This document shows positions 1 to 12,992 of a DNA stretch of 64,000 bases, piece after piece. This stretch comes from Octopus vulgaris. Taxonomy: Eukaryota. Positions within the stretch are counted from its first letter, which is position 1. Every line of letters begins with the position of its first letter. A model generated the notes under the pieces. It had not been told where the DNA came from, did no database searches, and worked only from the letters and a program-made list of their open reading frames with translations. The translations under genes were made by a program, and so were the position numbers. Location of the stretch: the NCBI GenBank assembly GCA_951406725.2, contig OX597815.1:34472001-34536000 (forward strand), in the 5' to 3' direction.

Positions 1-143
1 TCCAAGTTTTTATTTATATATATATATATATCAGAGGCGACTCCAGGTCATCTGCATCACTCGGGTTCATCCCAGATTTCGCATCAGACACATGCCTGCT
101 CGAAGAATATCACGTTTTTTCGCTTTATTTCTAGCCCCTAATG

Positions 144-308
144 CACTAGCGTAGCTACAGGGGTGGCGGCAGGTGGGGGGGGGTCCTCCCCAGGCGCAAA
201 TTCTAAAGGGGCGGCACTTTTTTGGTCTGCTGTAGGCAATATCTGTTTGTTTGTTTTTTGTTTTTTTTGTGGGGTCCGGCGGCGGCACACAAACTAGTTA
301 TGCTAGTA
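144..308. mobile_element. Short MITE-like element with imperfect ~15-bp terminal inverted repeats
   Basis: CACTAGCGTAGCTAC (144-158) versus CTAGTTATGCTAGTA (294-308); GC-rich interior unlike the flanks; no clear TSD. Confidence 0.4.
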
Positions 309-679
309 CCCAAATGACTTATATTTTTTTATATCTATCACTATGTCTTTCTCTATTTTTAAGTTAAGGGTAAAAATAAAACAACCCTGCAAAACACAAC
401 TGATCTTTTCACGTAGACGCACAGAATAACAGCAATCAAATAAAGACAGCGGAGTGCACAACAAACATTAGCGATGTGACTGTCGCCAGTACTCTTGACA
501 AGAGATGCCAGTTAGTCTTTTACACCTACCAGGCTCGTTTGTATTAGCATGAATTTTTGGATAATCATTCGATCCTTTTAGAATATTGTAGAACGGAAAT
601 TTTTCATAGATTGGAATTTAAATCCTAATCTCTATAGTAATTGTGTGTGTGTGAGTATTTCTCTTTTTCATTTGGACAT

Positions 680-1197
680 CATTTTGACTGGTTATCCTCT
701 TTCTCCTTGATTTTCAAAGAAATATTCACATCAGCAGGGCAGATGACCTCTATGAAGGTACGTACTTTTTCTTGTCTCTCCCAAACAACAATATTCGGCT
801 TGTTATATTTGCACTTGACGGATCTTTTGATGGGAATGTTCCACCGGTATTCCTTGTGTTGATGGTTGTGTACGTATCCAATAACGGGGGATAAGGATAG
901 TCTTTCTTTTCCGGATGGCATTATATATTGCTTTTGCGACTATGTCGTGGCGCATAAGAGAGTAGTGTGCCTTGATGACATTTTTGGGCGGCTGCTAATC
1001 CCATTTGTGATGTCCCCCACAGAAATATAGCATAACCTACATTTTCGGATGCATCTTGAAGCTTCAAGGGCTTTACTGTCTCTTTTGTTTATTAGGTATT
1101 TTGTAGCAATTTCCTTTTCATGAATTGCAAATGCATCGCCTTCGAAGAGTAAAGTGATGTAGCGGTCACGAGTACAAGAGAGGCTGTACTTCATGTC
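680..1197 (-). mobile_element. R4/Dong-like non-LTR retrotransposon fragment: CCHC knuckle and restriction-like endonuclease (decayed)
   Basis: ORFs 940-1194 (FAIHEKEIATKY...KCRLC...DITNGISSRPKM) and 679-921 (NKPNIVVW...FIEVICPADVNISLKIKEK) resemble the C-terminal CCHC and PD-(D/E) REL domain of R4-clade elements. Confidence 0.75.
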
Positions 1198-1213
1198 GAT
1201 ATTACTATCTCTT

Positions 1214-1613
1214 AAGGTGTCGAGCTGGCAGAATCGTTAGTGCACCGGGCGAAATGCTTAGCGGTATTTCGTCTGCTGCTACGTTCTGAGTTCAAATTCC
1301 GCCGAGGTCGACTTTGCCTTTCATCCTTTCGGGGTCGATTAAATAAGTACTAGTTACGTACTGGGGTCGATATAATCGACTTAATCCGTTTGTCTGTCCT
1401 TGTTTGTCCTCTCTGTGCTTAGCCCCTTGTGGGTAGTAAAGAAATAGGTATTTCGTCTGCCGCTACATTCTGCGTTCAAATTCTGCCGAGATCGATTTTG
1501 CCTTTCATCCTTTCGGAGATCGATAAACTAAGTACCAGTTGCGTACTGCGGTCGATCTAATCGACTGGACCCCCTCCCCCAGAATTTTGGGCCCTGTGCC
1601 TAGAGTAGAAAAG
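1214..1613 (+). mobile_element. tRNA-derived SINE with Meta-like domain, long (internally duplicated) form
   Basis: A-box TGGCAGAATCG, B-box GAGTTCAAATTCC, GCCTTTCATCCTTTCGGGGTCGAT motif present twice; 16-bp TSD GATATTACT(A/G)TCTCTT at 1198-1213 and 1614-1629; inserted in the R4-like element. Confidence 0.9.
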
Positions 1614-1629
1614 GATATTACTGTCTCTT

Positions 1630-2090
1630 CTAGCCTTCAGGAAACAACCATGAATAGCGCTTCATATCCGACTCTTCTTTGTGGTGCGTTAATCTGGTTG
1701 CTATGGAGTTGTATGGAAGGTCATCAGGAAGAGGGTGATTCATAAGGAGCTCGCTGCCGACACATAGGATATGAAAATAATGTATCTATAATTTCTGTTG
1801 CTGCTTAGAAAGTGCTGAGAGAGACTATATGATATTCGAAAGCTGTCTGCACTGATCTCAAGCCTCTACCTCCTTCATCTTTTCTTGAGTGAAGTCTATC
1901 AATATTACTATTCTTGTAGAGATTCCAAGTTGATGTCAGTATCTTGCGGGTTTTAACGTCTATGGAGTGGATTTCTTCTACAGACCGGTAAAGTATCCTA
2001 AATGTTGGAATAAGGCTGGTACTAAAAATGTATTGTGTGATATTGTCTTGTAAGAGGAGAGTTCCGACTGCCATATTTTTCTCAGCCTGA
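1630..2090 (-). mobile_element. R4/Dong-like element, post-RT (thumb) region, continuing the 680-1197 fragment
   Basis: ORF 1805-2314 contains EEIHSIDVKTRKILT...NIDRLHSRKDEGGRGLRSV, similar to the DRLYLxRxEGGRGL motif. Confidence 0.75.
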
Positions 2091-2091
2091 C

Positions 2092-2141
<50 letters not shown>

Positions 2142-2144
<3 letters not shown>

Positions 2145-2484
2145 GCCTCAGTAAAGCTGGACTCAAGAGTCGTCTTCGTAGTCATAAAGCGAAACAGATG
2201 ATTGGCAACCTGGTCACTGGTGGTGGTGTTACACACCATACTAATCATATCTGTCGGGCATGTGGAAGAGAGTGTAATTCGACAGGAGGACTTAAACGAC
2301 ATGCAAAAGTACATAAAGCCCAGTTACAACTACAGCCGGCTATTGCTGATAAAGGTTTTAGCTGCCAATTCTGTACAAGACATTGTAGATATTTAGCTGG
2401 GCTAAAAAGTCACACTTGATCACAGCACCAATAACAGTTAAGCTTCATGCAATGGCCATACTCGATAATGAGGGAGCAGCCATC
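2142..2484 (+). mobile_element. 5'-truncated LINE 3' end (RTE-like) encoding ~2.5 C2H2-type zinc fingers, with (ATGT)n tail
   Basis: In-frame SLSKAGLKSRLRSH...ICRACGRECNSTGGLKRHAKVH...FSCQFCTRHCRYLAGLKSHT*; short 3' UTR with ATGGC...GCCAT stem; (ATGT)n on both sides. Confidence 0.6.
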
Positions 2485-3192
2485 ATGTATGTATGTATGT
2501 ATGTATGTATGTATGTATGTATGTATGTATGTATGTATGTATGTATGTATGTATGTATGTATGTATGTATGTATGTATGCTCAGACAAGAAACATGGTTT
2601 ATGTGTAACAGAATGTAATAGAATGTAATGAACTCGAGCACTACATAGTATTGTGTTAGATCTTGTAACTGATCATAACTACAATCAAAGACCAAGAAAT
2701 ATGCATTGTACTTATATGAGTATGCGTGTGTCTATATATGTGTGTGTGAGTGTGTGTTTATGTATGTGTGTGTATTTATGTATATATATATATACATCTG
2801 TATGTGTTAGATTATGTATGTGTGTGTATATATGCGATATATTTTATATCGATAACAATGTCGAAAAATTATTTAACAGCAGTTCAAAAGTATTTATATA
2901 GCCTATATAACTACGTTTGTGTTGAATTAGTGCATGTGCGTGTATGGGTTATATACACATATGAATGTATGAAGGCAGACATGTTTGCATGTGTTATATT
3001 AACGACAATATTATAGATCAAGAATTTATATAGAGATACATATACACAGACATACACTCAGATACACACAGACACACACGCGCCCACAAACACACACACA
3101 TATATATACATACTATATACATGCATACACACACAAACAGGCAGAAGGCAGACAGGCAGGCAGACATAGATAGACATATATAGGTAAACGTA

Positions 3193-3236
<44 letters not shown>

Positions 3237-3317
3237 CACAAACAGGCAGAAGGCAGACAGGCAGGCAGACATAGATAGACACTTATATATAGGTAAATGT
3301 ATGTGTGTATGTGTATG

Positions 3318-3367
<50 letters not shown>

Positions 3368-4185
3368 TTTTGTATGTATGTATGTATGTATGTATGTATG
3401 TATGTATGTATGCATGTATGTATGTATGTGTGTATGTATATATGCATGCATGTATGCATGCATCTTATTGATGACAATATTACAGATCAAAAATTGAATC
3501 GTAGTTCAAAGTATTTTTATAACCTACATATCTATGAACTTGTTGATGAATGCGTGCATACACACGTATGTCTGTATGCACGTACGACAGACAAAAAGAA
3601 AGAGAGAGATAGGGGGAGAGAGAGAGGGGGGAAAAGAGAAAAAGAGTGAGACAGAGACAAAGCCTCCATGTGTACAAGCTTTTGTGACGGAGAGCGTACG
3701 TTTGTGTGTGTGTATGTGCGCATGAAAGCATATGTGAGTGTGTACGTGCTGCCATTGTATGTTTTGAACGGTAAATCTATTTTCTTGATTATCACTAATT
3801 TATCTGATCAGATAATCGCAATGATCTTGACTGTCTCCAATCATTCCAAAATCTATTTGGTTTTGTTTGATTTCGTTTCGACACGTCATTCAAATGACTT
3901 TCTCTTGTGTATTTGCTTTAACGTCGTGGCTGTTGCTATTTTTTTCTCTTTTCTTCCAATGTTGTTGCGATTGTTCAAACTTCTTGGCACGGCTTTCATT
4001 CTTGTATTTGTTGTTGTTTTCATCACTCTATTGTTCTTCGTTGTTGTCATTGCTATTGGTGTTGGTGTTGTTGTCATTGCTGTTATTGTTGTGCCGTCTT
4101 ATGGTCACTCTTCTTGTCAGTCATTTGTCGTGTCAAACGGGACAAGCACAACACAAACACAAACACACATATGTATGTGTACGTG

Positions 4186-4237
<52 letters not shown>

Positions 4238-4238
<1 letters not shown>

Positions 4239-4630
4239 CTTTATATATAAAAGTGAGGTTTTGTGCTGTCTGTCTCCTACGATTTAGATTCCTAACTACT
4301 CCCACATTTTGCGGTGCAGTTTAACCAAAACCGGGTATCTTATAGTCGTGATTCATATCGAGCCCTTCTGGGTATTAGCGCACGTCTACGATGAGTCTAC
4401 GATTTAAAAAAAAATTTACAATCAATTTTTCCCATTTTTAATACATGTTTGGCATATATAAGGGAAGTAACTCTCTAAAAATTTATTATTAAATCTCAGA
4501 ATGTAAAAAGCTACAGTAACCCCCCCCTTGTGGTTAGCCATATTGAGATGGCTATTATACTTTACATCTCTAAAAATGCTTATATAGTTATTTCCCTTAC
4601 AAACCCGAGCAACGCCGGGCGATACTGCTA

Positions 4631-4631
<1 letters not shown>
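4238..4631 (+). mobile_element. Non-autonomous Helitron (family A, copy 1)
   Basis: 5' TC(TTTATATATAAAA) start, 3' hairpin CCCGAGCAACGCCGGG then CTAG, inserted between A and T; near-identical copy at 22945-23342. Confidence 0.85.
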
Positions 4632-4667
<36 letters not shown>

Positions 4668-4687
4668 CATACACACACACACACACA

Positions 4688-4858
4688 CGACAGACTTCTT
4701 TCAGCTGCCGTCTACCGAAACCACTCACAATGACTTGGTCGGCCTGGGGCTGCAACAGAAGAGGTAATAGAAGACACTTACCCAAGGTACCGCACAATGT
4801 GACTGAACCCAAGACCATATGTTTGGGAAGCAAGCTTCTTACCTACACAGCCACACCT
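4688..4858 (-). mobile_element. CORE-type tRNA SINE, 5' half
   Basis: Reverse complement matches the 5' half of the SINEs at 31140 and 44820. Confidence 0.75.
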
Positions 4859-5948
4859 AAGTATATCTAGAATTCTTCGATCCAAGTTATGTCTGTTTTG
4901 TTTTTTTACGATGACTGCGTATGTTATTTCAAGTGAAAGCAGAGGAGGAAAATGACTGCTATTTCTATTAAGTCATGTGATCAAGTAGAGCCTCCCTTAT
5001 TGACTGATCGGTGTTCATTTCTAGCGATGAAAAAGAAATTGGTTAGGTTGGCTGTCAAACTAATAGCCTTAAAGTTAACTGAAATAGCAATAACAAAAAT
5101 CAATTTTAATTAAATTAACCAGAGCATAATTAATCAAAAAATTCTTTTGCCATTATAGCAGATATAGATGTATCTTTAGGTGGTTAACATTTCTGAGATG
5201 TCTGACTAATCTGATAACGGTTTCTGACATAGGCAGAACGCCAATCATTTTAAGAGTGATCTATAAAGATCAGTTGATATATCAATCACACTAATTGACT
5301 GGTACTTTATTCTGTCGACCCTGGGGAAAAGAAAAGCAAAGTTAACTTCAGCGAGAGGCTCAAAATATAAAGGTAAGTCACAAGAATATTACCATTAGAC
5401 GGTTTGTGCTGTTATTTAGGCGTCGTGCAAAATGTCTGTGATATTTAGATACGGTCCTTAGTGTTCTGAATTCAAATCTTACCAGTGTCAACTTTACTTC
5501 TCATCCTACTTTTGAAGTCCCTCTTCACGTTAATTAACAGGTATTAAAGTTAAGGAAATTTCACGTCCCTTCACTTCTGCACCCAGAGATAACTGTCTCA
5601 CTACCCCACCTGTAACATCTCTGAAACTACCTGTCAAATAAAGTAGTCGATTGCACATTCCTAGGAAGCATCACAGATGTCAATGAAACTATAAAAGATG
5701 ATTCTATTAATTTTAATAACTCCAAGAGTTACATAAAACAGAAGCTTTCTATGAAGATATTAATAGTTATCGCCAAGCTAATGTGGCAGTCCAGAAATAT
5801 AGGACGAATGCTGGACTGCCATATTAGATTGGAGATAACTATTAATATCCAGTACCGCTGCCGTTGTCTCCTTTAGAGAGAGACTTAGAAATATTAATAT
5901 TTCTATTTCTATGAAGACTTAGGCTGATAAGAGGCGAGCATCTCTCTC

Positions 5949-5987
<39 letters not shown>

Positions 5988-6639
5988 ATCTCTCTCACTC
6001 TCTCTCTTTCTCTCTGAAATTATTGAAAGGACGATAGAGCGGCAGAATCGTTTGAATGTCGGACAAAATATCTTATTCTTTCCGTTTTTTTACGCTCCAG
6101 GTTCAAATCCTACTGAGGTCAGTTTTTCCTTTCTTCCTTTTTGAAGCGATAGAATGAAGCACCAATAAAGTACTGAGAATCTATATAATCAACAGTTTCC
6201 CACCTCTTAAATTTCTAGTTTTGTGCTGTTTTAGAAATGACTATTTCGTCTGCATATGGAAAGCGTTGCCTACATATTACTCTTAACCTTCCACCCCACA
6301 CTCCTTCTCTCTCTTTCTCTCTCTCTCTTTCCCTTTTTTGTTACTGGATACAGACAACTGGGTCAAATTAGTGTTTAATCTAAACTCAACAATGTCAGCA
6401 GTTGGGAGAAAAATAAGGAGCATAAGAAAGTTTTAGAAGAAATAGTCCTGAAGAAAGAAATTTCTGTAAAGTTCTTACTGAGAGAAAATAATTCACAGTA
6501 GGGATTATGGAACGACGTGGAATATGTGAAAAAGTTTAGCTGAAGCTGTTACACATGTGAAGAGTATCAACTGAGTGCAATTTAACAGCGATACAAGGGA
6601 CGAAGATTACTCTTGTTATGACAGGGAAACAGTAATTGC

Positions 6640-7770
6640 TCCAAATTTTGGCACAATACCAGTAATTTTAGAAAAAGGGTATAGTGGATAACATCGACCT
6701 CAGTAGTTGAGTGGTACTTTATTTGTTGACTCTGAGGGATGAAAGTTAAAGTTAGATCTCCGGTAGAATTTGGACTCGGATCTTACTGAGTGGGAAGAAA
6801 TAACACTCTAGTATTTTGTCTGACGCTTTAGCGATTCTGCCAGTTCTCCACTTTACAGGTTTGAATTAGTAATATGTAATTTTAAGGCGATCTGGCAGGA
6901 ACATTAGCACGTCGGAAAAAATTGTTTAGGAAGGCGGCGAGCTGGCAGAATCGTTAGCGCACCGGATGAAATACTTAGCGGTATTTCGTCTGCCGCTACG
7001 TTCAGAGTTCAAATTCCGCCGAGGTCGACTTTACCTTTCATTCTTTCGGGGTCGGTAAATTAAGTACCAGTTACGCACTGGGTCGATATAATCTACTTAA
7101 TCCGTTTGTCTGTCCTTGTTTGTCCTCTGTGTGTTTAGCCTCTTGTGGGAAGTAAAGAAATAGGTATTTCGTCCGTCGCTACGTTCTGAGTACATATTTC
7201 GCCGAGGTCGACTTTGCTTTCATCCTTTCGCGGTCGATAAATTGAGTACCAGTGAAACACTGGGGTCGATATAATCGACTCATCTCCTTCCCCCAGATTC
7301 CTGGCCTTGTGCCTATAGTAGAAAGGGGGGAAATTGCTTAGTGACATTTCTTTGGGTTTTGCGTTCTGAGTTTAAACTCCGCCGAAGTCGACTTAGCTTT
7401 TCATCCTCCTAGGGTCGATGAAATAATTACCAGTTGAGCGCCGGGGTCAGTCTAATCGACGTACCCCTTCTCCAGAACTTTCAGGCCTTGTACGTAGAGT
7501 AGAAAGAATTAATTTTAACCTGTAAAACGTCGAGCTAGCAGAAACGTTAACACGCCGGACAAAACGCTTAGCGGCATTTCGTCCGCCTTTATGTTGTGAG
7601 TTCAAATTCCTCCGAGAACGACTGTGCTTTTCATCTGTTCAGGGTCAATGAAGCGTCAGTGAAGAACTGGTGTCAATATAATCGACTAACATACCCTAGC
7701 ACCACCACCATCACCACCACCAACCCTGCTCCTAAAATTTCAGCCCTTATGCCAATAGTAAAACGAATTA
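6640..7770. mobile_element. Cluster of Meta-domain SINEs: degenerate (-) copy ~6640-6855, outer copy 6885-7510 split by young long copy 6931-7327, further (+) copy ~7525-7770
   Basis: Repeated A/B boxes and Meta-like motif; AAATTG(T/C)TTAG duplicated at ~6918 and ~7331 around the inner copy. Confidence 0.8.
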
Positions 7771-8290
7771 ATTTAAACCTGTGAACTCTCTTACCTATCG
7801 ATATATTATTAAACCTCTCTAAATGTTGAAAGCATTCCAAAGTCTGTGAAAAATTAGTATTACACACGTCTCTTAAGTACTCGAAATGTGAATTAGTACA
7901 ATCGCCCTGGCTCGTGTTTACTGGAAGAATCCCACACCAACATTTCTCTAAACCTAGTGACCTCGGATACTTTACTAAACGACTGACTTATGAATTTGTA
8001 TTTTCGTTTCTGGAAGGAATGTTCGTGTTTTATTGACAGTTTTCCTTTACAGTCTGTAACCTTTTTACCGTGACCAGTAACCTACTGAGTGTGTAAATAC
8101 AGAAATAAACTGAATCCTAATCTAATCTCTTATCTACTTCTCACTGTGTACTCAGCTAATTATCTTCCAGCATCAGCTATTTCTGTGAATGTGAAAATAT
8201 ACCTTTCATGTTAAAACACATTTTCTTCATAACAAGCAATTGTATATGAATTTCTATGTATATATGTATGTACGAATCTCTTTCTCCCTT

Positions 8291-8321
<31 letters not shown>

Positions 8322-8949
8322 GTCTCTCTATCTCTCTCTGTCTCTCTCTCTCTCTCTCTCTTTATGTGTATGCGTGCGAGCGTGCAACGTAAGATGCATA
8401 TCATAATGGATAATATTATCACATCACACAGTTATTGTTATCTGAATGGCAGCGTCTTAAAGTGATATCAATAAGCGGCTTCCACTGTTTGTACAAATGG
8501 TTGTGTATGCATGTTTGTATGTCTGTATATGGCTGCGCATGTGTATGTTTGTATATGTATGAGTGTGTGTGTCTGAGTGTGTGTTTAAAGCGAGAACCGT
8601 CCGATTTTAAAGCATTTCGAGTTGGAAAAAAAAATATATAACCGTATATATTTTTCGCCTCCATTAAATGAAACAAAGATTTTATAACATGTCTGTTTCT
8701 CGCGCTTATTTTCAGTATATTGTTTAGATTTGCATTTATAGCTGTTGTCTTGTGTATATTATACACAAATAAAATATAAATCGCAGGATTTCACTTATCA
8801 TAAAATAGACTTAGCCATATAATTTATTCAAAAGTAGGTCATCTCCTTTCTACTAACAAGTACCATAACGCACACATGCTATATATGTTTATACGTATAT
8901 AAATAAACACTGAGTTTGGAGAGTTCATGCTGTGATGGCATGTACAGAA

Positions 8950-8992
<43 letters not shown>

Positions 8993-8995
<3 letters not shown>

Positions 8996-9353
8996 GTGGC
9001 TGTGTGTGTGGTAAGAAGCTTACCTCGCAACCATATGGTTCCAGGTTCAGTCCCACTGCGTGAAAACTTAGGCATGTCTCTTCTACTATAGCCGCGGACC
9101 GACCAAAGCCTTGTGAATAGATTTGGTAGACGGAAACTGAAAGAAGCCTGTCGTGTATGTGTGTGTGTGCGCCCGTGTCTTTGTGTTTTCGTTTGCCCCC
9201 CGCCAACGCTTAATGTTTATGTGTTTATGTCTCCGTAATTTGTGGTTCAGTAAAAGAAACTGATAAATGAGTCCTGGGGACAATTTGTTCGACTAAACAC
9301 CTTTCAAGGCAGTGCCCCAGCATGGGCGCAATCAAATGACTGAAACAAGTAAA
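8993..9353 (+). mobile_element. CORE-type tRNA SINE
   Basis: GGCGTGGCTGTGTG...GGTTCAGTCCCACTGCG...ATGACTGAAACAAGTAAAA, same family as the 31140, 35956 and 44820 copies. Confidence 0.85.
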
Positions 9354-9372
9354 ATATATATATATATATATA

Positions 9373-9423
<51 letters not shown>

Positions 9424-9432
9424 ATACACGCC

Positions 9433-9808
<376 letters not shown>

Positions 9809-9967
9809 CAGTTGTATACTTCCTAGGGCTAAATAGTGGTGGTGTGATTCCCTTTATGGGACTGTCACGTTAAGTTGACAGTATACAACTGCTCTATCGT
9901 TCCACCACTGCTTAAATCTCTCTGAGATATTTAAAAATTTAATATTTCTATTTTATATATATATACA

Positions 9968-10001
<34 letters not shown>

Positions 10002-10019
10002 GGTAGGTAGAACGGTAGA

Positions 10020-10063
<44 letters not shown>

Positions 10064-10357
10064 TATAGGTAGAACGGTAGATATATGTGTATATTATTAA
10101 TTTGTGTTGTGAACAGATGCAAAATACTCATGTGTTAGACGTTTGCAAAGGTCTGTTTTAACAAGACTATTTCCGCAGACCTAAAGGTTTCGTACGCTTA
10201 GGATTAGTCAGCCCTTTTCAACAGTATTCCTGGAGTAGTTTGAGGCTCTCACTGATAAGTACGTCTGGCTAATAACCAAGTGTACGAAAGTTTTAGCTGT
10301 GGAGAAACAACCCTGTACACAACGCACGATTATATATTGTACATACACACACACATA

Positions 10358-10392
<35 letters not shown>

Positions 10393-10762
10393 TCACACTC
10401 ATACGTATATACCGACGAAGAACCCATGCTCGAAATGTCATTTCCACTCCTATTTTTCCATTTAAAAGTTTCACTGGGCGTCAATCTGATATATTCACTG
10501 CGTAAGTTTAATTAACTGCTGCTTTTTTCCCCTATTTTTATCTTTGATTTGCCTATATACATATGTGGGGGGGGGGGGGCATGTGCGTGTGCGTGTGTGT
10601 GTGTGTGTGAGTGTTCAATATATTGAACATATATCTTATATGGTATATACAATGTATTCAAGATATATTCAAGGTAATGAAAACCGAAAATAAAACTTAA
10701 AAACTAAGGTTTCTTATATGCGCTTTGTTGGTATGTACGTGCGTGCGTGGGCGCGCGCACAT

Positions 10763-10824
<62 letters not shown>

Positions 10825-10984
10825 GTGTGTGTATTTGTGTGTGTTAGTTGTGACAGAAAAGTGAGATCCACCAATGGAACACAAACCACTTGCTTATCGC
10901 TAACCAAGTAACCACGTCACACATTACGCTACACTTCACTGGTACATCTCCCCCGTCTCGCTCCGCACCCTCTCTCTCCCTGCT

Positions 10985-11021
<37 letters not shown>

Positions 11022-11879
11022 CCCTCTCTCTCTAATTAGGTAATGAAAAATATTCTACTGCTATTTTTTAACTGCGCTATCTTCATCGTTAGAAGTTACT
11101 TGTTCGGTTACTTTGCAAGACAAATTAACCAAAGGTGCCGCAGCTGGATTCCATGCGTACGATTTGAAATAACGCCATATGTCAAATTATGAATGAAATA
11201 TAAACTAAAGATTCTGAACGTAGTCCCTCATATCCCTTTATGTCGATAATTTTAGCAGTTGTTTCATGATTTAATTCATGGGGTTATTTCTTATTGCAAA
11301 TATCGAATCTAAATAGCCCACCAATAAGCCCCTAGATCTCCAGACCTCTTCTATGCCACCAAACGCAAAAGTAAGCATCTTGATAGCAGACCTAGAAAGG
11401 ATCATGTGTATTCACGCTATGAATGTAGAAAGTATATGCAGGGGTTTTCATCCATAGCATGTAATTATCTGGATACAAACGCGATCGGATTAGGGTAGCC
11501 AGCAAATAATTAGAAAAAGTTGGAAACATCTTAAGCAATAATGCTAATAAAATGTGCTCCACGTACCGGAGTAAATTCTGGAACAGACTGGAAAGAAAAA
11601 GGGAAAACTGGGTAAGAGAAACGTAAACAGCGATCTTAGAAGAGATATATGACGAGACAGAGAAGTTACACTAAAACGATGGGTGGAGTGGAAGACGTTC
11701 TACATTATATAATTAGACAGGAATTACACTTAATGAATAAAAAATGTACTATAAAGAAGACTAATTAAAATGTTTAAAATTTAGAACGTCCACTTGCGTC
11801 GATCAGGGCACCATACTCCCTTGATAACACCTGCACTCTCAGGATCTAGCCAGAGGATAGAGGAGATTGTGCAAGACCA

Positions 11880-12080
11880 AGACAACACCCAAAATGCTAC
11901 CTTAAAGACTGAAAGAAATTGGAATTGAACTTGCATTGCTGGCCTGCAGAAAAGTACCGTCTTATACGCTGCAAGAATCCTGAGAAAGAATGTTTAGATT
12001 TGAGGAGACTTCTTGTCGCCAAACTTCAATATAAACTACTCGTTAACTAAATTAGCATGCACACGCGAAATAATAATAAT
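11880..12080 (+). mobile_element. R4/Dong-like 3' end with short (TAA)n tail
   Basis: LQKSTVLYAARILRK followed by a 3' UTR homologous to the reverse complement of 41880-42000; AATAATAATAAT tail. Confidence 0.6.
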
Positions 12081-12321
12081 TTATTGCATAGATTCAATAC
12101 CGTAAATTTTTGTGTAGGTGGCTCAATGAATTCATTGCACCGAGTTGGTACTCATTTTATCTCAAAACTTCACTAAATGTGTAGGGTTGTGGGGTGGGAT
12201 GAAGTTAGTAATCTCGATCTCAGTACTTATTTCTATGTACGTTTATCTCTATAGATCTTCTACAGAAGTTAGAACCAACACTGCAAGCTTTGACTTTTGG
12301 TAAACAAATACATTCGTTGTA

Positions 12322-12707
12322 GTGGAGGCGCAATGGCCCAGTGGTTAGGGCAGCGGACTCGCGGTCGTAGGATCGCGGTTTCGATTCCCAGACCGGGCAT
12401 TGTGAGTGTTTATTGAGCGAAAACACCTAAAGCTTCACGAGGCTCCTGCAGGGGGTGGTGGTGAATCCTGCTGTACTCTTTCACCACAACTTTCTCTCAC
12501 TCTTTCTTCCTGTTTCTGTTGTACCTGTATTTCAAAGGGCCAGCCTTGTCACACTCTGTGTCACGCTGAATCTCCTCGAGAACTACGTTAAGGGTACACG
12601 TGTCTGTGGAGTGCTCAGCCACTTGCACGTTAATTCCACGAGCAAGCTGTTCCGTTGATCGTATCAGCCGGGACCCTCATCGTCGTAACCGACGGAGTGC
12701 TCCTCTC
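12322..12707 (+). mobile_element. tRNA(Arg)-like-headed SINE (OR-type), tail variant 1
   Basis: GTGGAGGCGCAATGGCCCAGTGGTTAGGGCAGCGGACTCGCGG...GGTTTCGATTCC head; perfect 13-bp TSD TACATTCGTTGTA (12309-12321 and 12708-12720). Confidence 0.9.
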
Positions 12708-12838
12708 TACATTCGTTGTAAATCTGTAATATACTGGGTAGTACATTATGGATGTAAAACGAATTACTGTGTCTGTGCTAGTAATTAATTTTATAACTAT
12801 ATAATATATTATTGACATGTTTATAAAGCACGAAGATA

Positions 12839-12979
12839 TAAGGTTGTCCCAAAAGTTCGTAGAAAGTCTTGGAAAATAATGGTCTTTATTTTGAGGAATA
12901 ATTTTTGTTGTTTTTGTTAGTACTTGGCGAGTAAAAATTCAATTTTCGTAAGTGTTTACGAACTTTTGGGACAACCTAA
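12839..12979. mobile_element. Mariner-like MITE (~140 bp)
   Basis: TIR AGGTTGTCCCAAAAGTTCGTA / TACGAACTTTTGGGACAACCT, flanked by TA. Confidence 0.8.
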
Positions 12980-12992
12980 TATATACGGAATG

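Noticed and set aside
2198-2419. Host C2H2 zinc-finger gene
   Set aside because: No TGEKP linkers or splice signals, an in-frame stop in the last finger, and a retrotransposon-like UTR and tail
3668-4324. 218-aa hydrophobic ORF resembling a membrane protein
   Set aside because: Hydrophobicity comes from (GTT)-rich low complexity; the ORF runs through (TA)n into a Helitron
12322-12395. tRNA-Arg-like gene (also at 15586, 28742, 62510)
   Set aside because: These are SINE heads followed by SINE bodies and TSDs, not free tRNA genes
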